From NCBI RefSeq assembly GCF_018977255.1, contig NW_024704743.1:107944001-108008000 (forward strand): DNA of 64,000 nt, read 5' to 3'. This DNA comes from Callorhinchus milii (Eukaryota). The position numbers were made by a program, and so were the translations under genes. Below, in pieces: positions 13,681-27,599 of the stretch (positions are counted from its first letter, which is position 1; each line of letters begins with the position of its first letter). The notes under the pieces are model-generated. The model did no database searches. It was not told where the DNA came from and was given only the letters and a program-made list of their open reading frames with translations.

Positions 13681-13831
13681 CTAGAAACTGCTGCCTGTTT
13701 GCCTGTCGTTTCACCGCTATCTTCACCAGATCTGTGGTTGGGTTGGGCATGTCCGCCACTTCTCCATAGGTATTGATCGCTTTCTGAAGCATCTCATTGC
13801 TTCGCATCTTCTCGGCCAAATCATCCTCTGA
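13681..13831 (-). CDS. ASPH: ASPH exon SEDDLAEKMRSNEMLQKAINTYGEVADMPNPTTDLVKIAVKRQANRQQFL(G); 151 nt, phase 0/1
   Basis: tttttag|TCA ... CTA G|gtgagg; matches human CEDDLAEKRRSNEVL...RQQFLG. Confidence 0.95.
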
Positions 13832-14782
13832 CTAAAAAAAAACAATAAATTGTTACACTTGGCACAATCCAGTATTTCTTTTCATAAAAACTCAATCACA
13901 GGACGGCAATGTTTCTGTATTCTTTTCTATCGCTACCTCTCAGAAGCGAGAGGATGGCTCGCTGTTTAAGTTTGAATAACAATTATCTGTGAATAAATAT
14001 TAAGGGACAGACATCAAAAAAATACATCAATTGATAACTATGATTTTAATTTCCTATTTGGAGAGAGATGAATGTTAAATATCCGATGCACCTGCTGGAG
14101 CAGGCTCCTATTACATTTACAAAGTGTATAAAGTTGCCCCTTCCTCAATTTCTCTCTAACAGTCTACTCACCATCATCCAGCTCCCTCCAACAGGGAAAA
14201 TAGAAATGGCCTACTGAATTCACTCTCAACATTAGTACTTTTGCAATCAATAAAAAAGGACGATTCAAAGAGGAGTAATTGCTTTCTCCCCATCGCTGTT
14301 AAGATTGAACACGTTACTACAGCCTTGTATAGAGGATCAAGCAAGTCTACAGCTTGACTAGACGGGCATACAACCCTGCAATACTCTTGACTTTTGGCAC
14401 ATTCATAAACTGCTTGATCTTCACTCGCACAGACTAAGTTGTTATTGGAGCCATTTAAGGTTGCTCACTGTCTTTCAATACTTTCCTTCAATACTTAAAT
14501 CAGTTGACTTTAGATCTCCAGATGTCATCCTCAAGCTGAAGAGTGGTCCTCCTCAAAGCTTTCCCCTCCCAGCTCCCCCTAAAGAGGTGAGCTGTAGATA
14601 GATTTGAGGGTCGGGGGCTGAGCCCTCTCCAGCCCTAGCCACCTGCCGCCTATACCATTCAGCTGGTAGAAAGTTGCATTCTGCACCCTTCCAGATTGAC
14701 TACATTAAAGCTCTAAGAAATAAGAACCATTGCAAAAGGAAATCACTTGCAGCAGACAATCTGCAAGGTTGTTTGTACGTGC

Positions 14783-14869
14783 CTGGCCTTTTCCATATTT
14801 AGCTCGAGGACTCTGTGGATATTTGCTCAGAAGTTCATTAAATGCCTTGAGTGCTTCTTCCGTTTTGCC
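14783..14869 (-). CDS. ASPH: ASPH exon GKTEEALKAFNELLSKYPQSPRAKYGKGQ; 87 nt, phase 0/0, GC donor
   Basis: ctttag|GGC ... CAG|gcacgt; matches human GKIEEAVNAF...YPQSPRARYGKAQ. Confidence 0.93.
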
Positions 14870-15499
14870 CTAAAGGGGAAAAAAAAGCCTCAATATTAGT
14901 TTTTTTTGGAGTGTTTGCAGTCTGCAAACTAACTCAGACTCCAGAACAATTTTAAATATTGTCTCTTCAGCAATATAAGCTGGCAAAACTTATTTCTCAC
15001 AGTCATATTCATGGGAGAACATTTCTCATGATAAAGACAACAATGGTCTTCAACATTACACTGTTTATGTTGTTAGCAATTTGAAACAACTAAATGTTTT
15101 TATTCTAAGGGAATAGCAGCAGTTGTTTCACTCAATGAGACGAGGGAATATTTGCTGTCGATCCAAAAGTAATTTAACAAAGAGAAATTCAGGACACAAA
15201 GGAGAGTGAATGGGTGGAGGACATTAAAAAAGTTAGAAATTCCCTATGAACATCCTCTGCCCCCTGAAGAATTTGTATCTAGCTTCAAGCAAGGGCACTT
15301 GAATTCAATGCAATCCGGTTTGCAACATTGCCTAACAAGCACATCGATAAGGACATCTTTTAAAAACTGTCTCCGCACTGTGGCTGCTGGCTCTGCACTC
15401 TCCCTGGAGAGCTCACACTCTCTCTCTCACTTGATAATAGTGTAGAAGACAGCTTTCTAAGTGGTTGTGGTAACCAATGTCAAATAAGTGATAATATTT

Positions 15500-15796
15500 T
15501 CATGTCTCCCGCCCTACCTGCCCTACCATCGGTGGCCGGGCTTTCAGCCTCTCTGCCCCCACACTCTGGAACTCCATCCCACGGTCCCATCACCTCGCTT
15601 CCTCCCTTGCCTCCTTCAAGGCCGATCTCAAGACACTCCTCTTCGACTGTGCCATTGGTCTCCCTCCCACCTCTCTGCTTTCCCTCACCCCTACACCATC
15701 CCATCCCCATGCTCGGGCCGTGATACCTGACTGTTCAGCGCTCTGGGATGTCCACCCTACGTGAAAGGCGCTCTATAAATGTAATTTTGTTGTTGT
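15500..15796 (+). mobile_element. L2-type LINE 3' end
   Basis: ...CTCTGGAACTCCATCCC...GAAAGGCGCTCTATAAATG..(TTG)n. Confidence 0.8.
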
Positions 15797-16876
15797 ATTT
15801 TCAAAAGAATCTGGTTCAATTAAACAGTTGAACTAAGAAACGTCAGATAAATTGTAATAGATAAATGGGAGGCAATGATTATTGTAACAGAAAACCTTTC
15901 ACGTATATCAACTACTGAAAGTCTTTTCAGATTTTACTTCAAAAGCAACGTCCCAATTCCCAACTACTATCTATCTCAATTTTTCTCAATGGATGTTATG
16001 ATCAAGCCAACAATGGTGGTCGACAATATACTGTATATTTTATAATGACAAAGATTCTGGTGTTTCTTCTGTAATGGGGCCTTAATTACCACTGACTTCA
16101 ATTTGTCCAGATTAATGACAAAAAGGACCCGCTATTGTATAATGCTTTAAATCATTCAGGCAGTTTTAGAATAAAGTTTTGGACAACTATACTGTACTTC
16201 TATTGATAACATTGTTTTTAATTCTAAGGGGTCATGTATTTAAAAGTATGAAGATTATTTTTAGTAAATTATCCCCTTAATGGTAATAGTATTGAATGTA
16301 CATCAGCCAGAGTGAAATTTATATAATCTCCGCAACACAATAGAACCTGCATCCATATTCCACCCTTCATGCAGGATAGCGTCTCGGAGGTCGGTGTACA
16401 GTGTTGGGGTTGGACTCCAAGCAAGGGAACAGGAGGAGAAGGAGGTTACCATAAGTGCATTCAAGGAGGTAAAGGATTCAGGTAATATTTAAAGAGAAAG
16501 AAAGGGTGAGATGGAATGACTCAGACAGGGAATTCCAGAAATTTGGAGTTTAGTGGTTGAAGGCAGGGACATCGCTGGTGGTGCAGAGGAGTCGGAGCTG
16601 GCACTGCAGGCCAGCATTAGCTGAGCAAAGGAGATGGGCAGTGGCGTGGGGTACGAGCAGGTCAGAAAGATAGGGAGGTGCCGGGGCATGGAGGGATTTG
16701 TATGTGTGGATGACGATCAAAGTCAAAGTCAATCCATTCAGAGACAAGGAGCCAATGGGGCCTAGTGTGGATTAGGGTGATGCGACGTGCAGAGTTTGAC
16801 TTCTGTGAGGATACAAGGGTAGAGTTTTGTATTAGTTGGACCTTGTGGACAATCGCAGCTGCAGTTTTTAGCCCAC

Positions 16877-16968
16877 CTTTTTGCGAAGCTTTTCTGCAGC
16901 ATCCAGCTCTGCCTTAATGGTCTTATCAAACTTGTTCAGCAGCTTGGGTTTCTTTTTCTTAGCTGGAA
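16877..16968 (-). CDS. ASPH: ASPH exon (V)PAKKKKPKLLNKFDKTIKAELDAAEKLRKK; 92 nt, phase 1/0
   Basis: gattag|TT CCA ... AAG|gtgggc; near-identical to human KKKKPKLLNKFDKTIKAELDAAEKLRKR. Confidence 0.95.
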
Positions 16969-17044
16969 CTAATCAAAGAAAAATCATCAAAAGTTGCAGA
17001 GTGCACAAATGCCAAAACTGACCACCAGTCTCATCAAATCAAGT

Positions 17045-17358
17045 GGAGTCCTATAGCTCAGTGGTTAGAGCACTAAGTGCACTACTTAGTGCTTGCTAGC
17101 AAGAAACCTGGGTTCAATTCCCAGCAGGGTGAAACCTTGGGCAAGTTTCTTTACTCCACGCCTGATAATAATCCCTCAAGAAAAGTGCAATAATAAATTG
17201 GTCACTTCAATCCACAACTGTTTGTGGGACACTGCTGTGTGCAACTGGCTACCGTGTTTCGTCCACAAATATACGGTAAATTCACTTAACAGTCTATTTC
17301 TCCGAAGCGCTTTGAGATGTCTAGAGGATGTGCTATATCAAAATCCAAGGATTATTAT
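17045..17358 (+). mobile_element. tRNA-derived SINE
   Basis: GGAGTCCTATAGCTCAGTGGTTAGAGCAC head and family body/tail. Confidence 0.88.
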
Positions 17359-17509
17359 ACATATATTATATATATTACCAACACTGCTCATTGCTTTGGC
17401 AAAAACATTCCAAAGACAATTCATCTTCTAATTTCTACTTAAATACTCTGATCCCCAAAGCAAAACTTCAGAATATTCACTCATCCACATATCTCTTGTT
17501 CATGCCATC

Positions 17510-18066
17510 ATCACCTCCAAACGCCCTGCTTGTCGGCCTTCCCAACTCCTCCCTCCACAGGCTGCAGATAATCCAGAACTCTGCAGCTCGTGTCCTCTCC
17601 CGCATTAAACTCCGTAATCCCATCTCGCCCACTCTCGCACGACTCCATTGGCTCCCTATCCTTCAGAAGATCCAGTTCAAGATCCTGGTCCTCACATACA
17701 AAGCCCTCCATGACCTCGCCCCACCCTCCCTCTGCGACTTCCTAACCCCCTACCAACCAGCCAGTTCTCTCCGTTCAGCCAGCTCCGGCCTGCTCCACGT
17801 CCCCCCTTGGCGGAAGTGCCTTCAGCCACTCTGCCCCCAACCTCTGGAATTCCATCCCCCAGTCATTCTGCCTCGTCCCCTCCTTAGCCTCTTTCAAGTC
17901 CCGCCTCAAGATCCTCCTCTTTGACCATGCCATTAGCCACCTCCTTCCCCTCCCCTCCCATCCCTCCCTCCCCCAACCCGGGTCTGAAATGCTGTACACT
18001 GTCCAGCGCCTTGGGACGTCCTCCCGACGTGAAAGACGCTATACAAATGTAATCTTGTTGTTGTTG
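17510..18066 (+). mobile_element. L2-type LINE 3' fragment (ORF2 C-terminus plus 3'UTR)
   Basis: NALLVGLPNSSLHRLQIIQNSAARVL...LHWLPILQKIQFKILVLTYKALH; (TTG)n tail. Confidence 0.9.
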
Positions 18067-20160
18067 CATGTGACAAGCCTATTGCCCACCACAATTATTT
18101 TGTCCACCCGGCCTAGTACCAAAGAACCATCTTGTCCTGTGGAATATTTGATCTCAGTCCTACACTCATTCCTAAAATCTTCAATCCTATTCCTGGATAT
18201 TTATCCAGCTCATTTCTGAAGGAAGGAAATTGCTGAGGCTTAGCTGCTTTTGTTAGACAATTTCAATTTCACTTATTCAGTATGTTGTGTGTGGTTGAGG
18301 GGTAAGAAGAGAGAGCAATAGGGAAATCTTTTATTAATCTCTAATGTCGCTTGAGGTTTGTGAATTTTAAATCCGTGCCCTGTAGCTTTGTGCTGAAAGT
18401 CTAACCAAACACCCACACATTTACATTGTTTATCCACTGCTCAGCAATTTGACAATATTTCATCTTCTCTCAAGCTCCGTTTCTCTAAAAAAAGTTCACT
18501 TCTGTTAGTTTCTTCTCATTATTTACAGCCCTATTTCCCAGTTGTCATGTTGACCCAACCCCAATTAAAGCTTGTAATGTTAATTTTGAATTTTCCAACA
18601 CTAAACCAGCAAAAATTAAAAAACAAACTTCCCATTCATGCAGATGTTCAGTGCACAATTGCTTTGGAATAAAATTGTTACTTCTTGCAGATGAGTGTAA
18701 CAAGTAGTCTACTTCTTGTTTATTAATGGAAAAGGCTATGAGAGACCATGTTGGATCAGCAAGTGAACACTTTCCTCTGAACGTGAAGGTCAAGAGTTTG
18801 TGTTCCAGGGCTGCCTGTCACTCAGGCTTACTTATCTCAGTTGGACCCTTGTCATTTCTTAAGATTGATTTACTTTACAGAGCACTATTTGGAAGGTGAC
18901 ATTGTTTGACTTTCTCTAGCTGCCTCTGCCCAGCCAAAGCGAGACACCGCCAGAGACTTGTGAATTAAAGAGTCGGGACTGTCTGCTCTGGAGACGATGC
19001 AGAGTGTACAAAGTCCTTGTCCAGCGCAAACTATTAAACACATTTGTTCAGAATAAATATGTTCCAGAATTAATGAACCATTATTTACCAATCATTCCAC
19101 TTGTGGAGTGCACTGACTTGGAGATAGTGACACGACTCAAGGATCAGACCAGGCACATCATGCGTCACTTGGATGCATGAATCATTTACCAGATGACAAG
19201 CCCCTGTCCCATGGGTTGGCCACTTCAGCTTAATTTTGATCCAGTAATTAAATGGACTTACACTGGAGTCACATCTAAATCACAGCGGTGTCGTACCACA
19301 TCTGCGTGCACTGCAATTTTCATTTATTTTGACACCAAAATTAACCAACTCTGAAATTCAAAGCTTTATGCAAAAAAAGCTTAATTCAGTGACACAATAA
19401 ATTGGTTGAAGGCTTGCACCAAGGACACTCAGTTAAAAATTAAAACCGTACGTAGCTTAACCCCTTCAGTACTGAGCTTTGTTCACTGATTTTCTACGGT
19501 CAATTGCAGCGAACATTAACTGCCAATATGTGTGCATTTCAGTTACTCTTACAGCTGACAGAAAAAGGTTTTGATCTGGGTTTTATCCGGGTACCGTAGG
19601 ACAATATGGAAACTTACTGTTTTCCATAGTTTCCCAGGAAATGTTGTGACATACACCAGACTATATCTGATGCTTAATACAATGGTTATCCTGATGCTCC
19701 TCAAAGTTAGCTTCCTGGGGTGGACTCCAGATTTCACTTGGGAAGCTATTCCCATTAACATAAATTAGTTATATAATTCCTGACGTGAAAGTCATTATAT
19801 AAATGCAACTGGCTGTTGTTATATAGTCGATTACAAAGTAGAACACAATGCACAAAAGTTCCTGGCAAAACTGTTGAAAGCACAATCAACTGTGTGGATG
19901 TACTGTACCGATGGCTCGAGGTCTCTCCACATACAGAGACTCATAGCATGTACAGTATAGGACGAGGCCCATTATTACTAAGCTGGTGCTACCCCATTCT
20001 CTGAAGTCATAATTGAATTCACAAACCTGTGAGTACAAAGGCTGGGACCTTATTCCATGATAATTTTAGGTGAGATCTGAACAAAGTTGGATACTGTTTA
20101 TTAATACAATACAATTTACATTTATACAGCGCCTTTCACATCCCTATCTTTTGGATTTTG

Positions 20161-21050
20161 GTTTGGTCAGCCGGGTGCCTGACACCTATGGGAACACATG
20201 ACCACACTTAAAATCCATGACTGTTTGTGGGACATTGCTGCGAAGTCCTGTAGCTCAGTGGTTAGAGCACTCGCTTTGCAAATGAGAGTCCTGGGTTTGA
20301 TTCCCAGCAGGGTGAAACCTTGGGCAAGTTTCCCTACTCTACACGCCTGATAATAATCCCTCAAGAAAAACAAACAATAATAAATTGGTCATTTCAATCC
20401 ACAACTGTTTGTGCGACACTGCTGTGCGCAATTGGCTGCTGCATTTCGCCCACAAATATACAGTCAATTCACTTTACAGTCTAACTTGTGAAGCGCTCTG
20501 AGACGTCTAGAAGATGTGAAAAGCGCTACATCAAATGCTAGGATTATTATTATTATTAAATGGCTGCTGCGCTTTGCCCACAAAATACCACGGTCACTCC
20601 ACTTTACAGTATATTCTGTGGACCGCTTTCAGACATCTCGAAGACGTGATGAGGTGCTACATCAAAAGCAAGGATTATTATTATTATTATTATTATTATC
20701 ATTATTATTATTATTATGAGTATCCAAACCAGATAGAGTTGCATGTATGGCACCTACATCCAGCTACTTGTATGGAATAGAATACGCACTCTCATCCTGG
20801 AGGCACGTACCTTGATTACCTAATTCTGGAGAGTTAGGCACAGGTTGGCAAGAGCCATGGCTTGGGCACCCCAGAATATGTGTTGAGGCACTGCTACAGT
20901 TTAACTAGCTCAAACTGCCTAGCCTGCCATTCAAAGCATTGTCTGGTGATCTTTCCACTGCTTGTCCAACTAGGACACCCTACCATTGGGGTTTTGGCTT
21001 GCAAGGTTAACTGGAGCTGTGTGGACAAGAATCCCTTTGCTCATCTGTCT
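20161..21050 (+). repeat. Unclassified ~450-bp interspersed repeat, copy A (split by SINEs at 20206-20716)
   Basis: Homologous to 28700-29130 and 30805-31250. Confidence 0.75.
20264..20716 (+). mobile_element. tRNA-derived SINE followed by a second SINE 3' half with a long (TTA)n tail
   Basis: Full copy about 20264-20557; second tail 20560-20716. Confidence 0.85.
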
Positions 21051-21949
21051 TTTGGATAAGATATTAAACCGGCATCCCATCTACCTATATTGTGTGAGTA
21101 TTACACAAGATCCTTCTGGCATTTTTTTTCAAAAGAGAAGGAAGTTTCTGTCAGTATCCTGGCCACCAATTCTCCAGATTAAACAGTTAATTCACTTCAC
21201 AGCTGTTTGTGGGACTTTGCTGAATGCAAAATGGCTGCCATATTCCCTTATAAAATCAGTCACAACACTGGACAATAAATCCTGTAAAAACATTTCGAGA
21301 CAAAAGCAAGTTTTGTCGTCATTACTACAGCTGGCCAATACAAAGCAATCCACCCAACACGGAAAATCATCTTTAATAATAAAACAGATAACCACACTCC
21401 TGGGGCAAACACACTCCAGGCTGGCCAGATTTTCAAGTGTAGATCAGAGCAACAGAAACAAAACAGAGCAACTTTGCCTTTGGAGACTTGTTCATCACTT
21501 GCCTTTTACACACATTATTCACCAGATAAAATCTGGTAACAGCCACACTCCATCTGCACACTCTCTATCCACAATAGTCTTGTAATCTTCAAATCGTACC
21601 AGCCTGCATTTTCCTACATTTACTGCACACACTACATCACTAAAATGGATTATATTAATAAATAATGTATCCTGTGCTTCGGCGTATAACACAGCTGTGA
21701 CAGATGAGTCCCCCTCATACTCAAAAGGTTAGGAGCCCACTGAGCCAGTTTGCTTTGCTTCTCTGACAGTTGAGAAATCCTATGAGATAAAGATGCTCTG
21801 AAATCTACTTGCAGGTAATCAGATAGCAGTCATGCACGCTATAGAAAATTGTAATAAAAGCAGGTTACATTACATTAAACGCTGGGACAAAAAAAGTACA
21901 TTTTCATAATTGCAACTGATAAGGTAGTCAATCCTGTACAGCCCTATAG

Positions 21950-22283
21950 TAATAATAATAATCCTTGCATTTGATATAGCGCCTTATCACGTCTTCTAGA
22001 TGTCTCAAAGCGCTTCACAGAATATACTTTAAAGTGAATCGACTATATTTTGTGGGCAATACGCAGAGACAGTGTTCCACAAACAGTCATGGATTGAGTG
22101 ACCTCATTTTTTTAAAGGGATTATTATCCCCAAAAAAGCAATCCGTCAATCGACTCACAACTGAGTTCCTACTAACTGCTAGGTAAACAGAAGCGTGTGA
22201 AATAAGGAAACTTGCCCAACATTTCACCCTGCCTTGGATTCAAACCCAGGTCCTCTGGCTTGTGAGGCACGTGCTCTAACCAC
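21950..22283 (-). mobile_element. tRNA-derived SINE
   Basis: Reverse complement of family body and head. Confidence 0.85.
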
Positions 22284-22379
22284 TAAACTACATAGGTAAA
22301 GACAAAGTTGTGTCTTGCGTATTTTGCCTCACATCCAAACAGTTTCACTGGGGGCAAGAACCCTCGAAGAAGAGTGTTG

Positions 22380-22690
22380 CCAGAACAAAAAGCATGTGTA
22401 TTGCACTGAGGGTTAAAAAAGGGAGACAATCCAAGATTTTTCAGGTTGTTAAAATTGTGGAATGCTTTGCTACAAATGCTGAATCTATGAGAGCATTTAC
22501 AAGGAAACTGGATAAATACTTGAGGAAAAGTATGGAGTATGCACATGGAGAAAGAGCAAGGGAATTGCACATTAGAAACAGGAAATTGTATTAAGAGTAG
22601 AAAGCTCCATTGGGGGAAGCAAGCAATATTACAGACACAAATGACCAAACAGTCCCCTTCTCTAATGGAAATGCTTTAGAATTCTATGAA
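22380..22690 (+). mobile_element. Degenerate CR1-type LINE 3' end
   Basis: TGTGGAATGCTTTGC...CATTTACAAGGAAACTGGATAAATACTTG...ATTCTATGA. Confidence 0.65.
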
Positions 22691-23304
22691 GCTTTTACTA
22701 ATGGAACTTCTTATACAAAGTAAAAGTGACTGCATAATTATGCGATGAGGAACAATACAATGCAGAAAGCCTCCACGACTGATGCTTGATAAAAGTGTGA
22801 TATTGTAATGATATAAGCTTGATCGATCAGTTTCAATGCTTTTTTGGTGAAGCAGAGTCATACAATCTTTCAGTACAGAAGGAAGCCATTTGGCCTATCA
22901 CGTATACATGTGTCCTTTGAAACGTCCTCATAAAAATACACACGCACACACATCAAAGGATATACTGTAGTATATAATGTAGTGTTGGGAAGATGTCTCA
23001 AAGAGCTTGACGCATTGACTGGGGCGGTGGGGGTGAGGGTGGGGGGGGGGGTGTGGAGGGGAATCGAAGAAGGTGGGGGGACAAAGTTGACCAAAAGAGT
23101 AGTTGAAAATATAGGTCTCAAGGCAGGCTTTAGAGGTGGGAAGGGAAGGGGTGAAGGGATTCGGAGATGGAGTTCCAGAAAGCAGTTCAGAATAGTTAAA
23201 CTCTGACCCACTGATGCTGGGGTGGGTTGGGTGGAGGACAAGAAGTAGGTCACTATTTGCTGAGCGGAGGGAGCGACTGAGGTGACAAGATGTGCAAGAG
23301 ATCA

Positions 23305-24230
23305 CGGCAACAACAACAAAATTACATTTGTATAGTGCCTTTCACATCGGGAGGATGTCCAAAGGCGCTGAACAAGCGGTGTTTCGAAACTGAGCTGGGG
23401 GTAGGGACGGGGAGGATGGAGGGCATGGGGGGAAGGAGGGTGATTGAAGGCACGGTTGAAGAGGACCTTGAGATGGGTCTTGAAGGAGGCAAGGGAAGGG
23501 GCAAGGCAGAGGGATTGTGGGATGTAGTTCCAGAGGTTGGGGGCAGAGTGGCAGAAGGCCTGCCCAGCAATGGTGGAGCGGACAAGGCAGGGGACGTGAA
23601 GCAAGAACGGAGCCCACTGAGCGGAGGGACCAGGCAGGATGGTAAGGGGTTAGGAAGTTGCAGAGGTAGAGGGGAGCAAGGCAATGGAGGGTTTTGAAGG
23701 CGAGGACCAGGATCTTGAACTGTATCCTCTGTATGATGAGAAGCCAGTGGAGTCAGACGAGGATGGAGTGATAGGGTCATGGAGCCTAGTGTGGAAGAGG
23801 ACACAGGCTGCAGATTTCTGGATGATCTACAGCCTATGGAGGGAGGAGTTTGGAAGGCTGGCAAGTAGGGAATTTGCATAGTCAATGTGAGACGGTGGCC
23901 GAGCGGGGTGATGTTGCGGAGGTGGGGTAAGGATACTTGAGGGTCAAACAAGATGCCAAGGTTCCGGACTGGCTTGTCTGTGAATAGGAGGGCAAGAAGG
24001 TGGAGCTGGAGGTAAGGAGAGGGCTAGTGATGAGGTTGAGGGAGCAGATAGTTGATTTAATGCGGGTTATAATGGTGGTGAGAGAGGAGTGGGAGACAGG
24101 TTGGAAGTTCTGGAGGGATGGATGGGTCGTGGCTGGGGTGTGAGGGGGAGGTGGTAGTAGACAGAAGGGCAGAGGCAGCTGAGCGGATCCCCTTGACTTT
24201 GGTTTCGAGGAAGTCCAGCATCGCCTTGCA
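23305..24230 (-). mobile_element. L2-type LINE fragments (3' end plus internal pieces)
   Basis: GQAFCHSAPNLWNYIPQSLCLAPSLASFKTHLK motif; (CAA)n at 23308. Confidence 0.85.
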
Positions 24231-26349
24231 GTTGGTACAGTTCACGATAAGAATCTGGATACATACATACACACTCACTACATCTTGCACGTACATAAAC
24301 ATTTATCCGAAACAATGATTGTCCAGCGCCTTGGGACTTTCTCCCGACATAAATGGCGCTATACAAATGGAATATTGTTGTTGCCATCACCACCAAAATT
24401 CCATAGCGTTGAGAAAAAGTCTATAGTACAGGTAGTGAGATCACAGTCTGAATTATGGATGGTGTAAAGAACTGGTTGTCTGAAGGTAGGCAGAGGTCAC
24501 GGAGAAAAATGAGTACAGCATCATTGAACAGAATGGATGAAAAAGCAGAAACAGAAGCTGGAAGATATTAAAGTGATTACTCTGGAAAGGTTACAGAATA
24601 GCTCCCCCTGATGGCTCAAAAATGTAAAGTCCGACATAAAGTGAGCAACACAGGTCCTCAGGTTCCAGTCTGTGTTGAACCAGGCAATCTCAGGACAAAA
24701 TAGTCAGGCTCAAAAGGACCAGCACAATTGTGAAGTAAGTTGGAAATGATTATTATGCAGCTCCAGCTAAATGTGTTGTACATCACAAGAGAGAACAGGC
24801 ATTCATTCATCTGCATATCTGTGACCAGCAGACGCCTCCGGGGAAGGAAAGTGCACAACAGCAGCAACAACTTGCATTTATAGAGCACCCTTCATGTCTC
24901 GGATCACTTAACAAATGTGGTTTGTTAGAGTTTAAAGCACAACAAAAGATACCCATCTCAGGATCCTCACAAGGAATTTCAAGCAAAACTATTTTACACA
25001 AGGTGTAACTCACATCTGGAGCAAGCATTTTCATAGCGTTTATAATTTTGAAATAGCTCGAAGCAGTTTACAGGCTGCTGTCGAGTGTAGTGACTATGTA
25101 GCTGTAAGCAAATGCATTTTTTTTGCGCACAGCAATGTAACAGAACTTTCCATAAAGTGAATGTTTTTAGCCTTGCCCCAACGGCACAGCAGGATAGAAG
25201 ATCTCTCTTCTCCTGCCTGCGGGTGCAGTAGTGCTACTGTTCTGACCTGCGGGCACCTTCCCCAGGGAGCTAGAGTTAACATTGCAGCTCGTGATTACCT
25301 CGCGTGCACAGATTCACACCCGTATGTTATACAGCATCAGCATTTCCAATTTGGATTTGGCCACATGATGGGAACAGGGCTGGGGACAAGGAGGAATCAG
25401 TCCCATCAACCAGAAGGTGATGATAGGACTGAGCGGGGTGGGTGGTGGTGGGGGGCGCCACGCCATGACCCCAGCTGGAGGGGGGTGGGCGAAGGTGGCA
25501 CGAGACAAGCAAACATAATGCGCAGTTCTGATTCCCACATGGAGTTGGGAATGACTTAAACTAAAAGTAGGAAAGGCTGAGAGTGCCATTTCATTGTCAG
25601 AAGACTTTGTACCAATTTTATGACTCAGTTCTCCTGCTCGGAGTCCTGGTTTTGCTGCCAGGTGGTGAACATGCCACCCCCACCAGGGACAGACAACACC
25701 ACTGCCCACAGTGGGCAAGAGCGGGAACATAGTCTAGAGCTCTAGGTTGACTTCATTATTCTGAAGCTAGACCTTCGACTTGAAGAACCTGAGTTGCAAT
25801 TTACCACATTAAGAGAAATTAACAGGATTTAATCATTTAGGTCCAGCATCTCTTCTTGACTTATTGAAGTAACACAGGCACTGGGCAAGTCATACAGCGA
25901 CAGAGCATAACCACTTAGGACACAGCCGTCTTGAGAGATTTTCTAACTTGTTGGCTTCTCTTGTTGCAGCGAATGAAGGAGTGAATTAGCATTCACACAG
26001 TTGAGCCCAGGTTAATATCCATATCCACTACATTAACTCGGCCTCGCGTATGGTTGAGCTTAGCTCTGTTCGGCCAGCTGCTTCTCTTCCCCTCCCTTTC
26101 TCCCCCATCATCAAAAGCCACTGTTTAAACACGGACGTTCAAAGAATATGAGGCCGATTATAATTCTTGTTTTCATTTGCAAATAAGGTGCTGACTGTGA
26201 ACTTGCTCTTTAAAAGTGATCTCATCCCCACTCTTATTGTGAGGGTAATTCTCTCCTCTCCGCCCCTCCCTTCTTTTTACTGCTTCTGTTAGTTCGATCT
26301 TACAGCACTGTTCCATACCACAGAAGGTAACCTACTCTCGAATGCATCA

Positions 26350-26780
26350 GCTTGGGTCAGCTGGTAGCACTGTCACAGTGGGATGTGGGTTCAAGCCTCA
26401 CATCAGGGCTGACATTTCAGTGCAGTCCTAGGGGATAAAGTGCTACATCATCTTAGGTACTGATCTTCGGATGAGACATTAAACAAGATCCCAGCTCCAT
26501 GTTCATGTGGACCTTAAAGAGCCCACTGCATTACTGGAAACGAGAAGGGAGTTTCTCTCGGTGTCATGGGCAACAGGCCTTCAGATAAATTGTCTGTCTA
26601 ATAAAATTGGTCATTCACAAAATTAGTTGTTTGTGGGATAATACTGCGTGCAAATTGGTTGTAGCCTTTGCCTACAAATATACAGTCAGTATATTTTACG
26701 GTAAAATTCTATTAAGCGCTTTGAGACTTCCGAACAATGTGATAAGGCACCATATCAAACGCAAAGATTATTATTATTAA
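26350..26780 (+). mobile_element. Deu-domain SINE (SacSINE1/AmnSINE1-like core)
   Basis: GGATGAGACATTAAAC...GTGGAC..TAAAGA.CCC...GGGAGTTTCTC..GGTGTC..GG core and L2-like tail. Confidence 0.78.
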
Positions 26781-27599
26781 CGTCATGGTTGTTTATGGAA
26801 TCTTGCATTGCAGTAAATGTCTACTGGGGTTGCCCACAAAAACAGTCACTACAGTTGACAGTAATTACTGTGGTGCCCTTTGAGGTGTTGACAGAATAAA
26901 GTGCTATAATGTACAGGCATTTCTTTCTTTACTTATTTTTCCAGCTACTGGAGAAGGTAGAGTCCAAAAACTGAACAGCAAACTGTACAATCTGCGTCTA
27001 ATTACAAAATGGGACAGTCTACACAGCACCAGAATCTTGAGGCACTGTTGGGAGATGTGCCTTTTGAAACAGTTCTGCAACACAATTGCACATTAGCCAA
27101 GGATGTGTAATGACATTTATATCAGAGCCGAGAGAATAAATATTTGCACCTCACTGTTGTTAGTGAAATGCTAATGGCAACACCAAGATCTCATTAGCAA
27201 CATCACAACAGAAACAAACACACTTCTTGCCAGTGACATCCACTGGTTGCTGCACTACCAAGCAAATGTGGGACACGATTTTAAAAAAACTTGCATTTTG
27301 AATGGGTTTATATCACATTGAAACGGCACAAAGTGCTTCACAAGCAATTGTTGTCAAGCGTGGGGACTATTTTTGTAAGCAAACACAGCAGTCGTTTCTT
27401 CATGTCCCAGTGTTCAAGTGAATGAACAATTGATCGAGGTTTGTTGACCAGGATAGAGCGGGATCTTTAGCATCCACCTGAAAACAGGCAGATGAGACCG
27501 TGGTTTAACATCTCTTCTGAAAGACACCCTTGGATGTTGTAGCGAACCTCCATTGTTGCATTATCCTCGAGTTAAGACTGTTACGCGCACTGTTACACA

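Noticed and set aside
20672..20716. (TTA)n microsatellite giving poly-Tyr and poly-Leu ORFs
   Set aside because: It is an expanded SINE tail.
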